Assembly: GCA_963847455.1 (NCBI GenBank)
Contig: CAWKAG010000056.1
Location: 12,421 to 76,420, forward strand
From: an uncultured Acidimicrobiia bacterium
GTDB taxonomy: Bacteria; Actinomycetota; Acidimicrobiia; Spongiisociales; JAENVV01
Direction of reading: 5' to 3'
Length of the DNA: 64,000 nucleotides
Position 1 is the first letter of the stretch; the number at the start of each line of letters is the position of its first letter. The position numbers and the translations under genes are program-made. A model generated the notes under the pieces. That model searched no databases. It saw only the letters and a list, made by a program, of their open reading frames with translations, and had not been told where the DNA came from. This document shows, in pieces, positions 38,591 through 48,393 of this stretch.

Positions 38591-40003
38591 GTGAACGTCT
38601 CCGACCTGATCGACCAGATCGACGCTGTACCGAACGGCCCTGACGTAGTCGCGTTCTTCGACATGGACGGAACGGTACTTGCCGGGTTCACGGCATTTGT
38701 CTTCGCCCAGGAGCGAATGAAACGTCCCGACCGGGCGAATCTCGGCGTAGCCGCAGTGGCGGTCCGCTACCAGGCGGGCAATGCGACCTTCGAAGAACTG
38801 CTCCGAGCATCGACCAAGGCCCTCGCTGGAATGGCTGAGACGGATATTGACGACCTCGCCGATCGACTTTTTACCGAAACGATTGCCGCCATGATCTACC
38901 CGGAAGTCCGGAGACTGATCCGGGCCCACCAGCGACGAGGGCACACCGTCGTCGTGCTATCGGCCGCAACCACCATGCAGGTGAGACCGGTCGCCAGCAC
39001 CCTCGACGTCGACGATGTGATCTGCAACACGCTCATCGCTGCCGACGGCCACGTAACGGGCGAGGTGGCTGAGCCGATCATCTATGGCGAACAGAAAGCG
39101 CTGGCGGCCGAAGCGTACGTGGCCAAGCGCAAGGCTTCGCTCGCAGATGCCTTCTTCTACACGGACGGCTACGAGGATCTACCGCTCCTTGATGCCGTCG
39201 GGCATCCCCAACCCCTCAACCCGGACCGCAAACTTCGCAAAGCCGCCGACGAACGAGGCTGGATGCCAACTGACTTCGAGAGCCGGGGCAGGCCCACGAA
39301 GACGCAGGTCGTCCGCACGATCCTTGCCCAAGGCAGCGTCATGACGGCAGCAACGGCCGGACTGCTGGCCGGGGTTTTGAACCGGGATCGACGCCAGGCC
39401 ATCAACCTGATGACGTCCACCTGGGGAGATCTCGCCGTAGCCCTGGCCGGGGTGAACCTCGATATCAGCGGCGAGGAGCATCTCTGGTCGCACCGCCCAT
39501 CGGTGTTCATGTTCAATCACCAGAGCAACTTCGACGGGTTGCTGCTCATGAAACTGCTCCGGCGCGACGTCACCGCCGTGGCCAAAGAGCAGCTGAAGGC
39601 GATGCCCTTCGTTGGCCAGATCTTCGAGTTCGGCGACGTGATCTTCATCAACCGGTCGGACCATGCCGCTGCCGTCGAAGCACTCCACGATGCCGCCGTT
39701 CGTATTCGAGAGGGACTGAGCGTGGCCATCTCACCGGAAGGCACTCGTCAGGTAACCCCGACGCTTGGCCAATTCAAGAAGGGCGGGTTTCACCTGGCCA
39801 TGGAAGCCGGGGTCCCCATCGTGCCGATTGTCATCCACAACAGCCTCGATGTACTGCCCCGCGGTGGGCGGGTGATGCGCCCTGCCACGGTCCGCGTTGA
39901 TGTTCTCGAACCGATCCCGACCGCCGACTGGACCGTCGCCGACCTCGCCGACCACGTCGAGACGGTCCGTCGCCAGTTTGAAACCGCACTCGGGCATAGC
40001 TAG
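38591..40003 (+). CDS. plsC: HAD-IB phosphatase / 1-acyl-sn-glycerol-3-phosphate acyltransferase fusion
   Basis: HAD motifs FFDMDGT, LSAAT, K and YTDGYED, plus LPLAT motifs NHQSNFD, FINR, SPEGTR and FKKGGF. Confidence 0.92.
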   Translation: MNVSDLIDQIDAVPNGPDVVAFFDMDGTVLAGFTAFVFAQERMKRPDRANLGVAAVAVRYQAGNATFEELLRASTKALAGMAETDIDDLADRLFTETIAAMIYPEVRRLIRAHQRRGHTVVVLSAATTMQVRPVASTLDVDDVICNTLIAADGHVTGEVAEPIIYGEQKALAAEAYVAKRKASLADAFFYTDGYEDLPLLDAVGHPQPLNPDRKLRKAADERGWMPTDFESRGRPTKTQVVRTILAQGSVMTAATAGLLAGVLNRDRRQAINLMTSTWGDLAVALAGVNLDISGEEHLWSHRPSVFMFNHQSNFDGLLLMKLLRRDVTAVAKEQLKAMPFVGQIFEFGDVIFINRSDHAAAVEALHDAAVRIREGLSVAISPEGTRQVTPTLGQFKKGGFHLAMEAGVPIVPIVIHNSLDVLPRGGRVMRPATVRVDVLEPIPTADWTVADLADHVETVRRQFETALGHS

Positions 40004-40779
40004 CCGGACTTGCGAAGCATCCAGACAATCTCGGATGGGTAGCGCTTGGCCCACTCGGCTGGAACAGCAAACGGGGTCCCTTCTGCATGGTCGGGAGCCC
40101 GCAGCTCACGAAAATCGAGGACTTCGAGGCCGCAGGTTCGAAAGAGCGAAAACCAGTCTGAGATGGGAAGGTTGAATTCGACGCCTCCAGGATCGATCTC
40201 GACGTCGGACCAATCAAAGATATGTTGACCGAAATACGGCCGGACCAGCGTGTAATCAGCCGGTGCTCCATTCAGGGGATAACAAGTCGTGACGATCGGT
40301 GAGTTGGTCAGAAACGACAGGTGGCCGCCAGGCTTCAACAACCGCACGGCTTCCGGTATCCATCGGTAAGGGTCGCACCACAGGGCGGCACCGTATTCGC
40401 TGGTAGCGAAGTCGAAGGACTCGTCTGGATAGGGCACTTGCTCGGCGTTCCCGTGAATCCACTCAATCTGCGAGCCGTACTCAGTCGCCAGCCGTTGGGC
40501 GGTAGCCAACTGATTCTCAGCCATGTCGATGGCGACTACCGCAGCCCCGCGGCGCTCCATCCAACGCGACACATAGCCGGTACCGCACCCGAGCTCAATG
40601 GCCCGCAACCCCACCATGGTCGGAGGTAAGAGCGAGACATCGGCATCACCGATTCCCCATTGGCCCCACTCGGGGAGTTCCGCTGCCCAGGATCTTTCGC
40701 CAGCCGCGACCCAGTGTTCGGCATCCTCATTCCAGGTCTCACGATTCAGCGCGACATAATCAAGATCTGGCCGAACCAT
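40000..40779 (-). CDS. Class I SAM-dependent methyltransferase
   Basis: IELGCGTG, GNAEQVPYPDESFDFATSEYGA and LKPGG. Confidence 0.92.
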   Translation of the reverse strand: MVRPDLDYVALNRETWNEDAEHWVAAGERSWAAELPEWGQWGIGDADVSLLPPTMVGLRAIELGCGTGYVSRWMERRGAAVVAIDMAENQLATAQRLATEYGSQIEWIHGNAEQVPYPDESFDFATSEYGAALWCDPYRWIPEAVRLLKPGGHLSFLTNSPIVTTCYPLNGAPADYTLVRPYFGQHIFDWSDVEIDPGGVEFNLPISDWFSLFRTCGLEVLDFRELRAPDHAEGTPFAVPAEWAKRYPSEIVWMLRKSG

Positions 40780-40837
40780 ATTTGTCACCTTCCGGGCGTC
40801 CCGACTATCCCTGCGTGTCCGGTAGTTTATGGCCCTT

Positions 40838-41401
40838 ATGGCTGACGAGATGGACAATTTACTGGCGACCTACCAGTTCGCCGAGGCAGAGTTGCTGTTG
40901 GCGACGCTTCCCGAACCGGACCAGGAGCCAGCCGCCAAACGGCTTTCGTTGGCCCGGCTGGCCTGCGAGCCGGCCGCCAGGAGGCGCAGCAACGCCATCC
41001 AGTCGGCCGCCCGGAACCACAAGTTCGAAGTGCTCATCGAGTTGCTCGACGACCCGATGACCGCTCCGCTTCTCTCGGTGCTGCCGATCGAACTCCAGGA
41101 CGCTGCCGAGATCCAATTCGCCGCCGCACAGTCCTGGCGATCACGCAAAATCGAAAACCACCAACGCCGCCTAGCTGAGGCTTCGGAGGCATTGGACGCC
41201 TATGACCTGAAGCTCGCCCGATCGCTCATCGGCAGCGTCGAAGATAGGTATCTGTCAGACGACGGACGCGACGAGCGAGATCGGTTGCTGCTCGACCTTG
41301 AGGCCCGACACATGGAAGCAGAAAGCCTCGATGAGACGGCCCGGAAACTCGAAGAGGAACTCCGACCGAAACGATCCAAACGCTGGTGGAACCGCGACTA
41401 G
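40838..41401 (+). CDS. Hypothetical alpha-helical protein
   Basis: Good coding bias; fills the gap between flanking genes and its stop overlaps the atuA stop. No family recognised. Confidence 0.75.
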   Translation: MADEMDNLLATYQFAEAELLLATLPEPDQEPAAKRLSLARLACEPAARRRSNAIQSAARNHKFEVLIELLDDPMTAPLLSVLPIELQDAAEIQFAAAQSWRSRKIENHQRRLAEASEALDAYDLKLARSLIGSVEDRYLSDDGRDERDRLLLDLEARHMEAESLDETARKLEEELRPKRSKRWWNRD

Positions 41402-43146
41402 CTCGTGAGCAGCGAGACCGGGATATCAACCACTTTGGCTCGCACGTACTCACCGAGCCCCTTAGCTTGGGGGTCAAGCCGCAACGACGAACTTACCCCA
41501 TCGCCCATCAAACCGTGGATCAAAAAGTTGACTGCCCATAGGTTGGGGAGCTCGTATCGGTCAACCTCGAGCTGATCCAACTCTGGCATCAACAAACGTA
41601 ACTGATGGATTGACAGGAAATCGGCCAACCATCCGAACCCGGCTTCAGACCGTGCGTACAGGCCGATATTGGCCGACCCACCTTTGTCGCCCGAACGGGC
41701 CCCGATCAAGGACCCGAGCGGAAGCGGTACGGTCTCGCCATCGTCAGACCAACCGGTGGCTGCCAGGCTCACCTCGATGGCCGCACCGGGCACCGGGTCG
41801 GTCTCCTTGACGGAATACGTTCGCTCGCCGACAGTGACTGTCTGCTCAATGTGCTGTCTCTCGATGCTGGTGGGCCAGTAGCGGGCGAATTGCTGCGCTC
41901 CTGACGGAGGAGCCAGGGCAAACATTCCCGGGATATTGCCGAGCACCGTTTGGGTGGCCGCGTCGGCGAAGGCTCGGCCAACCTTCGACTCGTCGGGTGA
42001 GGAGACGGACAGTTGCCAGAAGCTCACCGCCGATCCGTTGGTCCCGGGATTCACTTGTTCTGCGCCGATGGTGGTTTCGACGACCTCGGCAAAATCCGAA
42101 GCTTCAAATGGAATCATCGCCCAGATCTGCTGGCTCACGAGAGAAGCTTTGAGCGGCTGGTTTAGTCCGGTAATTCCGACTGTCATGGTGTTGCGGTAAC
42201 CGCCGGCAGTCGCCGCAGCCACTTTGAGTGTTGAAGGCGGGGCCTCGCCCCCAGTTCCTGAAATCTGCACCCGATCCACACCGATCTGGTCAACCTGCAC
42301 CGTGTCAAACCGGGCCGTTACGTCAGGTCCCAGGTAGGCCGGGCTGCCAATCTCATAAAGAAGCTGACTAACGACCGTTTCACGCGTGACCGCTCCACCA
42401 GTCCCAGGATGCTTGCCGATAATGGCACTCCCGTCTTCGGCAATCTCTGCCCATGGGAATCCGGGATACCTGAGGTCGTCGATCTCGCCAAAGAACGAAT
42501 AGTTCCCGCCCGTCGCCTGCATTCCGCACTCGATGACATGGCCGGCAACCACTGATCCGGCCAATTGGTCATAGTCGTACCGACCCCAGCCATGCCACCA
42601 GGCCGCGGTACCCGATACGAGGGCGGCGTCCGTGACACGACCGGTGATGACAATATCGGCCCCCTGGTTCAACGCTTCGGTGATTCCCCAGCCCCCAAGA
42701 TAGGCATTGGCCACCACAAAAGGCTGATTGGCCGATTCCCCGGTTTGCGCATTTACGAAGGCTTCATCGGCCCTCAACTCAGCCAATCTGTCCACGAGAT
42801 TGTCACCCGTTATGGCGGCCACTACCGGTTCTCGTCCGCGCTCGGCGGCCACCGCTTGAACCGCTGCCGCACAGCCATCCGGGTCGAGGCCGCCGGCGTT
42901 CACGACGACCTTCACGCCACGATCGAGAACCATGTCGAGAACGTCGCCGAGTTGAGCAACAAATGATCTGGCGTAGCCGCCATCGGGCTGGCGTTGCTTC
43001 GTCCTGGCGAGGATGAGCATGGTGAGTTCGGCCAGGTAGTCGCCGGTCAGCACGTCGACGTCACCGCCTTCGAGCTGCTCACGCATGGCGCTCGCCCGAT
43101 CACCGTAGAACCCTGAGATGTTGGCAATCTTGACAGGTCGCTTCAC
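41398..43146 (-). CDS. atuA: Acyclic terpene utilization AtuA (DUF1446) family protein
   Basis: IANISGFYGD, GDYLAELTM, NAGGLDP, ANAYLGGWGI, GRVTDAA, HVIECG, ARSGDKG and RLDPQAKGLGE. Confidence 0.93.
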   Translation of the reverse strand: MKRPVKIANISGFYGDRASAMREQLEGGDVDVLTGDYLAELTMLILARTKQRQPDGGYARSFVAQLGDVLDMVLDRGVKVVVNAGGLDPDGCAAAVQAVAAERGREPVVAAITGDNLVDRLAELRADEAFVNAQTGESANQPFVVANAYLGGWGITEALNQGADIVITGRVTDAALVSGTAAWWHGWGRYDYDQLAGSVVAGHVIECGMQATGGNYSFFGEIDDLRYPGFPWAEIAEDGSAIIGKHPGTGGAVTRETVVSQLLYEIGSPAYLGPDVTARFDTVQVDQIGVDRVQISGTGGEAPPSTLKVAAATAGGYRNTMTVGITGLNQPLKASLVSQQIWAMIPFEASDFAEVVETTIGAEQVNPGTNGSAVSFWQLSVSSPDESKVGRAFADAATQTVLGNIPGMFALAPPSGAQQFARYWPTSIERQHIEQTVTVGERTYSVKETDPVPGAAIEVSLAATGWSDDGETVPLPLGSLIGARSGDKGGSANIGLYARSEAGFGWLADFLSIHQLRLLMPELDQLEVDRYELPNLWAVNFLIHGLMGDGVSSSLRLDPQAKGLGEYVRAKVVDIPVSLLTS

Positions 43147-43225
43147 TCAGTTCCCTTCCACAGTGCGAACTGTAACGGGCGCGGTTGACAGGCGACCCAA
43201 CGGGAACGGCTGATTCCCCTTTGAC

Positions 43226-44053
43226 CTAGACGGCCGTGCGCCCCCGGAGGGTGCGGCCCACCAGTACGACGAAAAACAAGATGACGGGCAGTATGGCCAT
43301 CGTGGCTGACCCGGATGTTTCGGCGTGATAGCTGATGAGCAAGCCCACAACGACGCTCAAGGCACCGATCCCTGCGCTGGTTGCCATCATGGCCGGAACC
43401 CGACGAACCAACAGAGCTGCGGTTGCCGGCGGCCCGACCAGCAGACCGAAAACCAGAAGCGTGCCGACAGTCTGAAACGACCCGACGATCGCAAAGGTGA
43501 TCAAGCCGAGTAGGACGACGTTGGCCAATCCGGGTTTCATTCCGAGCAGTTGCGCCTTCTGGTCGTTGAACGCCAGGGCAAGAAACGGTCGGTACATGAC
43601 GACCGACACCACGAGGGCCAGACCAGCCAGCCAGGCCAAGCCCACCACATCCCCGGCAGTTACTCCCAGGACATCCCCGAACAGCACGGTCGTCAGTTGA
43701 GACGCGTAAGTCGCCGACCTTGACAACACAATCACGCCCAACGCCAGCATGCCGACAAACAACAATCCGATGCCCGTGTCCTCATTGAATGTGGTTTGAC
43801 GATGCACGAAATTGATGCCGCCAATCATCACCAATGCTGCCAAAGCGGCACCGAGCAACACGTTGAAGTCGAACAGAATGGCGATAGCAATCCCGGGAAC
43901 GACGCCGTGGACCAGGGCGTCGCCCAAAAAGGACATACCCCGAATAACTACCCAAGTTCCCACTACGGCCATCGCCACAGCCGCCAGAATGCCGCCCACC
44001 AGGGCGCGCTGCTGAAACCCAAGCGCGAATGGTTCGAGCAACCAGGCAATCAC
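43226..44053 (-). CDS. Zn/Mn ABC transporter permease (ZnuB/AztB-like)
   Basis: RGMSFLGDALVHGVVPG, EDTGIG.LF and VGTLLVFGLLVGP.ATA. Confidence 0.95.
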   Translation of the reverse strand: MIAWLLEPFALGFQQRALVGGILAAVAMAVVGTWVVIRGMSFLGDALVHGVVPGIAIAILFDFNVLLGAALAALVMIGGINFVHRQTTFNEDTGIGLLFVGMLALGVIVLSRSATYASQLTTVLFGDVLGVTAGDVVGLAWLAGLALVVSVVMYRPFLALAFNDQKAQLLGMKPGLANVVLLGLITFAIVGSFQTVGTLLVFGLLVGPPATAALLVRRVPAMMATSAGIGALSVVVGLLISYHAETSGSATMAILPVILFFVVLVGRTLRGRTAV

Positions 44054-45000
44054 GAGGCGGGCTCCGCAGGAGTTCCTAACCCCGCCACGATACGTTCAGC
44101 ATCGACCAAAAGGAGCGAGATCAGCGAATCGCCTGGCTGGCCCGCCGGAGCAATGGACTCAGTCAGTAATTCGACAACTTGCACAGGCTGGGTCGTCTCA
44201 CCGGCGATGGCGAGAGCCAGTTCACTGGACTCAGTCGTCTCCGCGAAGATGGCCGGAACTGCGAGTTCGTCGATAATCCGCACCAGTTCTGCGAGTTCGG
44301 CAGACGATGGGTTGGCCAGCGTGGAGCCGCCAGGGATGATGACGCCAACGACTTCGAGGCCGTAACGGTCGGCGAAATATCCGAACGAACCATGATTTGT
44401 GACCAGTTTGCGTTGGTCGGCGTCCAAACTCGCGATGAGGGCTGCAATCTGCTTATCGGTATCGGCAAGCCGATCGGCGTACACATCTGCATTCGCGGAC
44501 CAGTCGTTCGTCGTGTCGAGCGTCGCCAGGGTGTCGGCTATGAGGCGGGTGGCGTCAATCATGCGAACCGGATCGAACCAAATGTGCGGATCGGGCGTGC
44601 CATCAGGAAAAGACCTGGGATCGACCGAGGGACCGAGCTCAAGGACCCGGGTGCCGTCCGTGGCCGCATCGTCGAGAGCCTTTGCGATGGACGGTTCCAA
44701 ACCCAGCCCGATCGCCACCACGAGATCGGCGTCGCGAAGTTCGGCTACTTGTTTGGCGGACAGCTGAAACTCGTGCGGGTCACCTCCGGATGGGATCAGG
44801 ACGGAAACCTCAGCCTGATCACCGACAACGTTGGAAACCACGTCCCCGACGATGGAAGTTGTGGCGATGATCCGCAAGGTGTCCACTGGTTCGGCCGGCT
44901 CGGTCGAGCACGCCGAGCCGGCCATCGCCATTACGGTCAGGAGTACTGAAAACTTGTGGATAATGATAATGATTCCTATTCTCGTTAGAACGATACCCAC
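44050..45000 (-). CDS. Zn/Mn ABC substrate-binding lipoprotein (ZnuA/AztC-like; start uncertain)
   Basis: Lipobox GSAC; metal ligands DPHEF, DPHIW and NHGSFGY; TTSIVGDVV. Confidence 0.9.
   Translation of the reverse strand: MGIVLTRIGIIIIIHKFSVLLTVMAMAGSACSTEPAEPVDTLRIIATTSIVGDVVSNVVGDQAEVSVLIPSGGDPHEFQLSAKQVAELRDADLVVAIGLGLEPSIAKALDDAATDGTRVLELGPSVDPRSFPDGTPDPHIWFDPVRMIDATRLIADTLATLDTTNDWSANADVYADRLADTDKQIAALIASLDADQRKLVTNHGSFGYFADRYGLEVVGVIIPGGSTLANPSSAELAELVRIIDELAVPAIFAETTESSELALAIAGETTQPVQVVELLTESIAPAGQPGDSLISLLLVDAERIVAGLGTPAEPAS
44959..44981. promoter_or_regulatory. Fur/Zur-type box between the divergent SBP and regulator genes
   Basis: GATAATGATAATGATTCCT is 15/19 identical to the classical Fur box GATAATGATAATCATTATC; AT-rich island in a GC-rich region. 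Confidence 0.75.
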
Positions 45001-45011
45001 AGGTGGCCAAC

Positions 45012-45446
45012 GTGGCAAACACAGAGCAACTCGTAGTCCAGCGGCTGACCGAGTCCGGCATTCGCTACTCGACAGGGCGCAGAGCCGTCATTCAGGCTCT
45101 GTCGGCCGCCGACGGACCTCGATCTGCCGCCGAGCTTCATCGCGACCTCGCTGAAGCTGTCCCCCTGTCATCGCTCTACCGCTCTTTGTCGGTTCTCACT
45201 GACGCTGATGTCGTGACCATGCATCACGGATCGAAAGGCGTCACCCGCTACGAACTGTCCGAGTGGCTCACCGGCCATCACCACCACCTTGTTTGCCTGT
45301 CGTGCGGGACGGTTGACGACATTACTCCCCCGCCTGACCTCGAAGCTGACCTGGAATCGGTGGTTATCTCGCTTACCGTTGCGGGCCGGTTTTCGCCAAA
45401 GGGGCACGCGCTCGAAATCGAAGGTTTCTGCTCGGAGTGCGCATGA
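45012..45446 (+). CDS. zur: Fur-family regulator, probably Zur
   Basis: SSLYRSL, HHHHLVCLSCG and EIEGFCSEC; embedded in a Zn/Mn ABC locus. Confidence 0.85.
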   Translation: MANTEQLVVQRLTESGIRYSTGRRAVIQALSAADGPRSAAELHRDLAEAVPLSSLYRSLSVLTDADVVTMHHGSKGVTRYELSEWLTGHHHHLVCLSCGTVDDITPPPDLEADLESVVISLTVAGRFSPKGHALEIEGFCSECA

Positions 45447-46255
45447 CCCCGGCCGTTTCAGGCACCGGGGTAAGCGTTAACTACGGCCCGAATGTGGCGC
45501 TTGGCCCATCTGATTTCGTGATCCCGGCCGGCACCATCACGACGCTGATTGGGCCCAACGGGTCCGGAAAGTCGACCCTCCTTAACGTAATCGCCGGACT
45601 CGTAGAACCAACGACGGGTTCAGTCGTCATGGACAACGAAGGCCGCACCCGGCTTTCTTATGTTTTACAGAGCACCAAAGTCAACGAAGCATTGCCCGTG
45701 ACCGTTGCTGAAGTCGTGGCCATGGGGCGCTACTCACGTACGGGATTGTTAGGCCGGATGAACAGCGAAGATCGGGCGGCCATCCAGACGGCGATGAAGC
45801 GTATGGGAATCGAAGATCTTGCCTCGCGCCACCTCACCGAATTATCAGGCGGTCAGCGCCAACGAGTTTTCGTTGCCCAGGGACTCGCCCAGCAGCATGA
45901 TCTTTTACTCCTCGACGAACCACTTACCGGCCTCGATCTCACATCGGCCAAGGCGATCGACGACGTCATCCACGACGAAAACAGCCACGGTTGTACGGTG
46001 ATCATCACCACCCATGACCTCGCCGAAGCTCAAGCCTCCGATTGGGTCGTACTTTTGTCGGGACGCGTTATCGCGTATGGCCCGCCTGACGAAGTGCTCA
46101 CTCAGGAGCACCTAAGCGCCGCGTATGGGTCTCTTCATGTTGAGGGTGGACAGGTGTTCCTGGACGACCCGGCCCATCGTGCCTCCGAGAGCCGACACCA
46201 CCACGGCGAGCGACAGATTCATACCGAATCGGACCGTTCGGACTTGCACGAATAA
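45443..46255 (+). CDS. Zn/Mn ABC transporter ATPase (ZnuC/AztA-like) with a His-containing tail
   Basis: GPNGSGKST, LSGGQRQRV, LLDEP and TTHD; tail RHHHGERQIH. Confidence 0.95.
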   Translation: MTPAVSGTGVSVNYGPNVALGPSDFVIPAGTITTLIGPNGSGKSTLLNVIAGLVEPTTGSVVMDNEGRTRLSYVLQSTKVNEALPVTVAEVVAMGRYSRTGLLGRMNSEDRAAIQTAMKRMGIEDLASRHLTELSGGQRQRVFVAQGLAQQHDLLLLDEPLTGLDLTSAKAIDDVIHDENSHGCTVIITTHDLAEAQASDWVVLLSGRVIAYGPPDEVLTQEHLSAAYGSLHVEGGQVFLDDPAHRASESRHHHGERQIHTESDRSDLHE

Positions 46256-46273
46256 CGCGGGTACGATGAGTGG

Positions 46274-46537
46274 ATGTGCCGAAGCATCCTTACCCTCCAC
46301 AACTTCGAACCACCCGCCACGTCTGAAGAAGTGCGCGCCGCAGCCACCCAATACGTTCGCAAGCTCAGCGGGTCACGGGTTCCGTCGAAGGCGAACACCG
46401 AGGCGTTCGATCAAGCAATCGAAGAAGTAGCCGCCGCTACGGAACGAATGCTCAACGCCCTCGTAACCACCGCGGCGCCTCGTGATCGCGAAGTCGAAGC
46501 GGCCAAAGCCCGGGCTCGCTCTGCGGCGCGGCGCTAG
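46274..46537 (+). CDS. DUF2277 family protein
   Basis: MCRSI.TL.NFEPPAT..EV.AAA.QYVRK.SG. Confidence 0.92.
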   Translation: MCRSILTLHNFEPPATSEEVRAAATQYVRKLSGSRVPSKANTEAFDQAIEEVAAATERMLNALVTTAAPRDREVEAAKARARSAARR

Positions 46538-46546
46538 CCCGTCCTT

Positions 46547-47176
46547 CTAGACCGTGTAGGAGTCGTTCCAGTCGAGCGGTATCAACTCGATACCGGCAGC
46601 CTTCAACGCACCACCGGCTAGGTGTCGAACGGTCTGGCGCCCAGACTCAGACAAGTAGAAATCGTGAATCGGGATAACCTGGCTTGGACCGAGACGTTTG
46701 GCAAAGGCGACCGCTCCGGTCATGGATCCCCAGGGCATCATGCACGGAAGCGCCAAAATGGGCGCGGATATCCCTGGCTCATGACTGTCCCCGGGATGAG
46801 TCAGCACGCCGTCGATCGTCCAACTGCGATTCGGAGGCTGCATCCCATTGGGAAGCACGCCGTGCATCACGTCTTCATGTGACACCCCGTCAGGGTTCTC
46901 GACTCCGACTTCAATGTCGTGGGGTCTGAGCAGGTCGGCAACAGCCTGGTTCCCGAAAATCTCGACGTCCTCACCACGATCTATCAGCCAGCGGACAAAC
47001 TCCGGTTTCACATGGTCAGCGTGCTCATGCGTAATGAGGACGCGTTGCACCTCGCCCAGATCGTCGAGGTCTACGAAATCAGTGTCGAACGTGAAGAAGC
47101 CAGGGTCGAACAACGTGGTGCCGTCTTCGGACGCCACGGTAAGGCAAGAATCGGCGAGTCTGCTGATGATCGTCAT
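46547..47176 (-). CDS. MBL-fold metallo-hydrolase
   Basis: FDPG, ITHEHADH, HPGDS and IPIHD. Confidence 0.9.
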   Translation of the reverse strand: MTIISRLADSCLTVASEDGTTLFDPGFFTFDTDFVDLDDLGEVQRVLITHEHADHVKPEFVRWLIDRGEDVEIFGNQAVADLLRPHDIEVGVENPDGVSHEDVMHGVLPNGMQPPNRSWTIDGVLTHPGDSHEPGISAPILALPCMMPWGSMTGAVAFAKRLGPSQVIPIHDFYLSESGRQTVRHLAGGALKAAGIELIPLDWNDSYTV

Positions 47177-47257
47177 AGTGCGACGCTAGCCGAGGTGACT
47201 CCCGAAAAGGCGGTAAGCGACTGGCTCGGCTAGAAGCGCCTGTATCTGTCAGGGCTA

Positions 47258-48067
47258 ATGTCTTCGCCTATGGCAAAAGAGCTTCCTGCTGTTCAGCTGA
47301 AAAACGTCGATGTCGTCCGCTCGGGTCGCAAGCTGCTCAGCGACATCTCGTGGACCATCGAAGCCCATGAGCGGTGGGTCCTTTTCGGCCCAAACGGTTG
47401 CGGAAAAACCACCCTGCTTCAAGTCGTGTCTTCCTACTTGTTCCCCACCCGCGGCGCCGTGACCGTGCTTGGGGTCACGCTCGGCGAGTCCGACGTTCGC
47501 GAGCTGCGCAAACGAATCGGGTACGTAGGGCCCACCCCGGCTCACCTGGTGCGAGAAGGCTACGACTGTCTCGAAATCGTTGTGACCGGCAAACACGCTT
47601 CTTTTGTTGATACCCGCTGGCATACCTATGAGGAAGCGGACTTCAAACGAGCGATCGACCTGCTCGAATCACTAGGTGCTGGGGCGTTTGTTCATCGCAC
47701 CTTCGACACCATGTCCGAGGGCGAGAAGAAGCGGATCCTCATCGCTCGGGCCCTCATGGCACAACCAGAACTTCTTCTGCTTGATGAGCCAAACGCCGGA
47801 TTGGATCTCGGAGCCCGCGAACGGCTGGTCCGGTCCCTGGACGATCTCGGGCGGGATGCCGGCATTCCAATGGTCCTGGTGACCCACCATGTCGATGACA
47901 TCCCCGGATCGTTCACGCACATCATCATGCTCAACAATGGGGAAGTGATCGCCTCAGGAGAGATCAAGGAGACCCTGACGTCGCAAGCTGTTTCGGACAC
48001 GTTCGACATGCCTTTAGTGGTCTCATTCGAGGCCGGGCGGTTCCGGGCGACCGCCCCGCACAGCTAG
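47258..48067 (+). CDS. ABC transporter ATP-binding protein (ModF/YlmA-like, orphan)
   Basis: GPNGCGKTT, MSEGEKKR, LLDEPNAGLDL and VTHH. Confidence 0.92.
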   Translation: MSSPMAKELPAVQLKNVDVVRSGRKLLSDISWTIEAHERWVLFGPNGCGKTTLLQVVSSYLFPTRGAVTVLGVTLGESDVRELRKRIGYVGPTPAHLVREGYDCLEIVVTGKHASFVDTRWHTYEEADFKRAIDLLESLGAGAFVHRTFDTMSEGEKKRILIARALMAQPELLLLDEPNAGLDLGARERLVRSLDDLGRDAGIPMVLVTHHVDDIPGSFTHIIMLNNGEVIASGEIKETLTSQAVSDTFDMPLVVSFEAGRFRATAPHS

Positions 48068-48079
48068 TACTGTCACGCC

Positions 48080-48337
48080 ATGCTCCCGCAGATTTTCGTT
48101 CGATGGGCCTCCCGGCTTCGACTCCCCTGGCTCACCGCCGTCGTCGGGTTCCTTTTCGTTGCGGACCTGATCATCCCCGATTTCATTCCCCTCGCCGACG
48201 AGTTGGTGCTGGGTCTCGCCACGACATTGCTGGTGAGATGGAAGAAGGAACGCGGCGCCGACGAGATCATCGACGTAACTGAAGTTCCCCCGCCAACCCC
48301 CGGGCCTAGCGCCTCGAGCGACCTGGCACGCCGATAG
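48080..48337 (+). CDS. Small membrane protein (DUF6116-like)
   Basis: RLRLPWL...LFVADL.IPD.IP.ADE..LGL pattern. Confidence 0.75.
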   Translation: MLPQIFVRWASRLRLPWLTAVVGFLFVADLIIPDFIPLADELVLGLATTLLVRWKKERGADEIIDVTEVPPPTPGPSASSDLARR

Positions 48338-48393
48338 CCGTCGGCGGAGCTTCACCTAGAATCAAGCTTCAGAGAATCCCAGGAGATCCAGCT

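Noticed and set aside
38591-40003. HAD-acyltransferase fusion as a novelty
   Set aside because: This architecture is already known in actinobacteria (mycobacterial PlsC-type bifunctional proteins).
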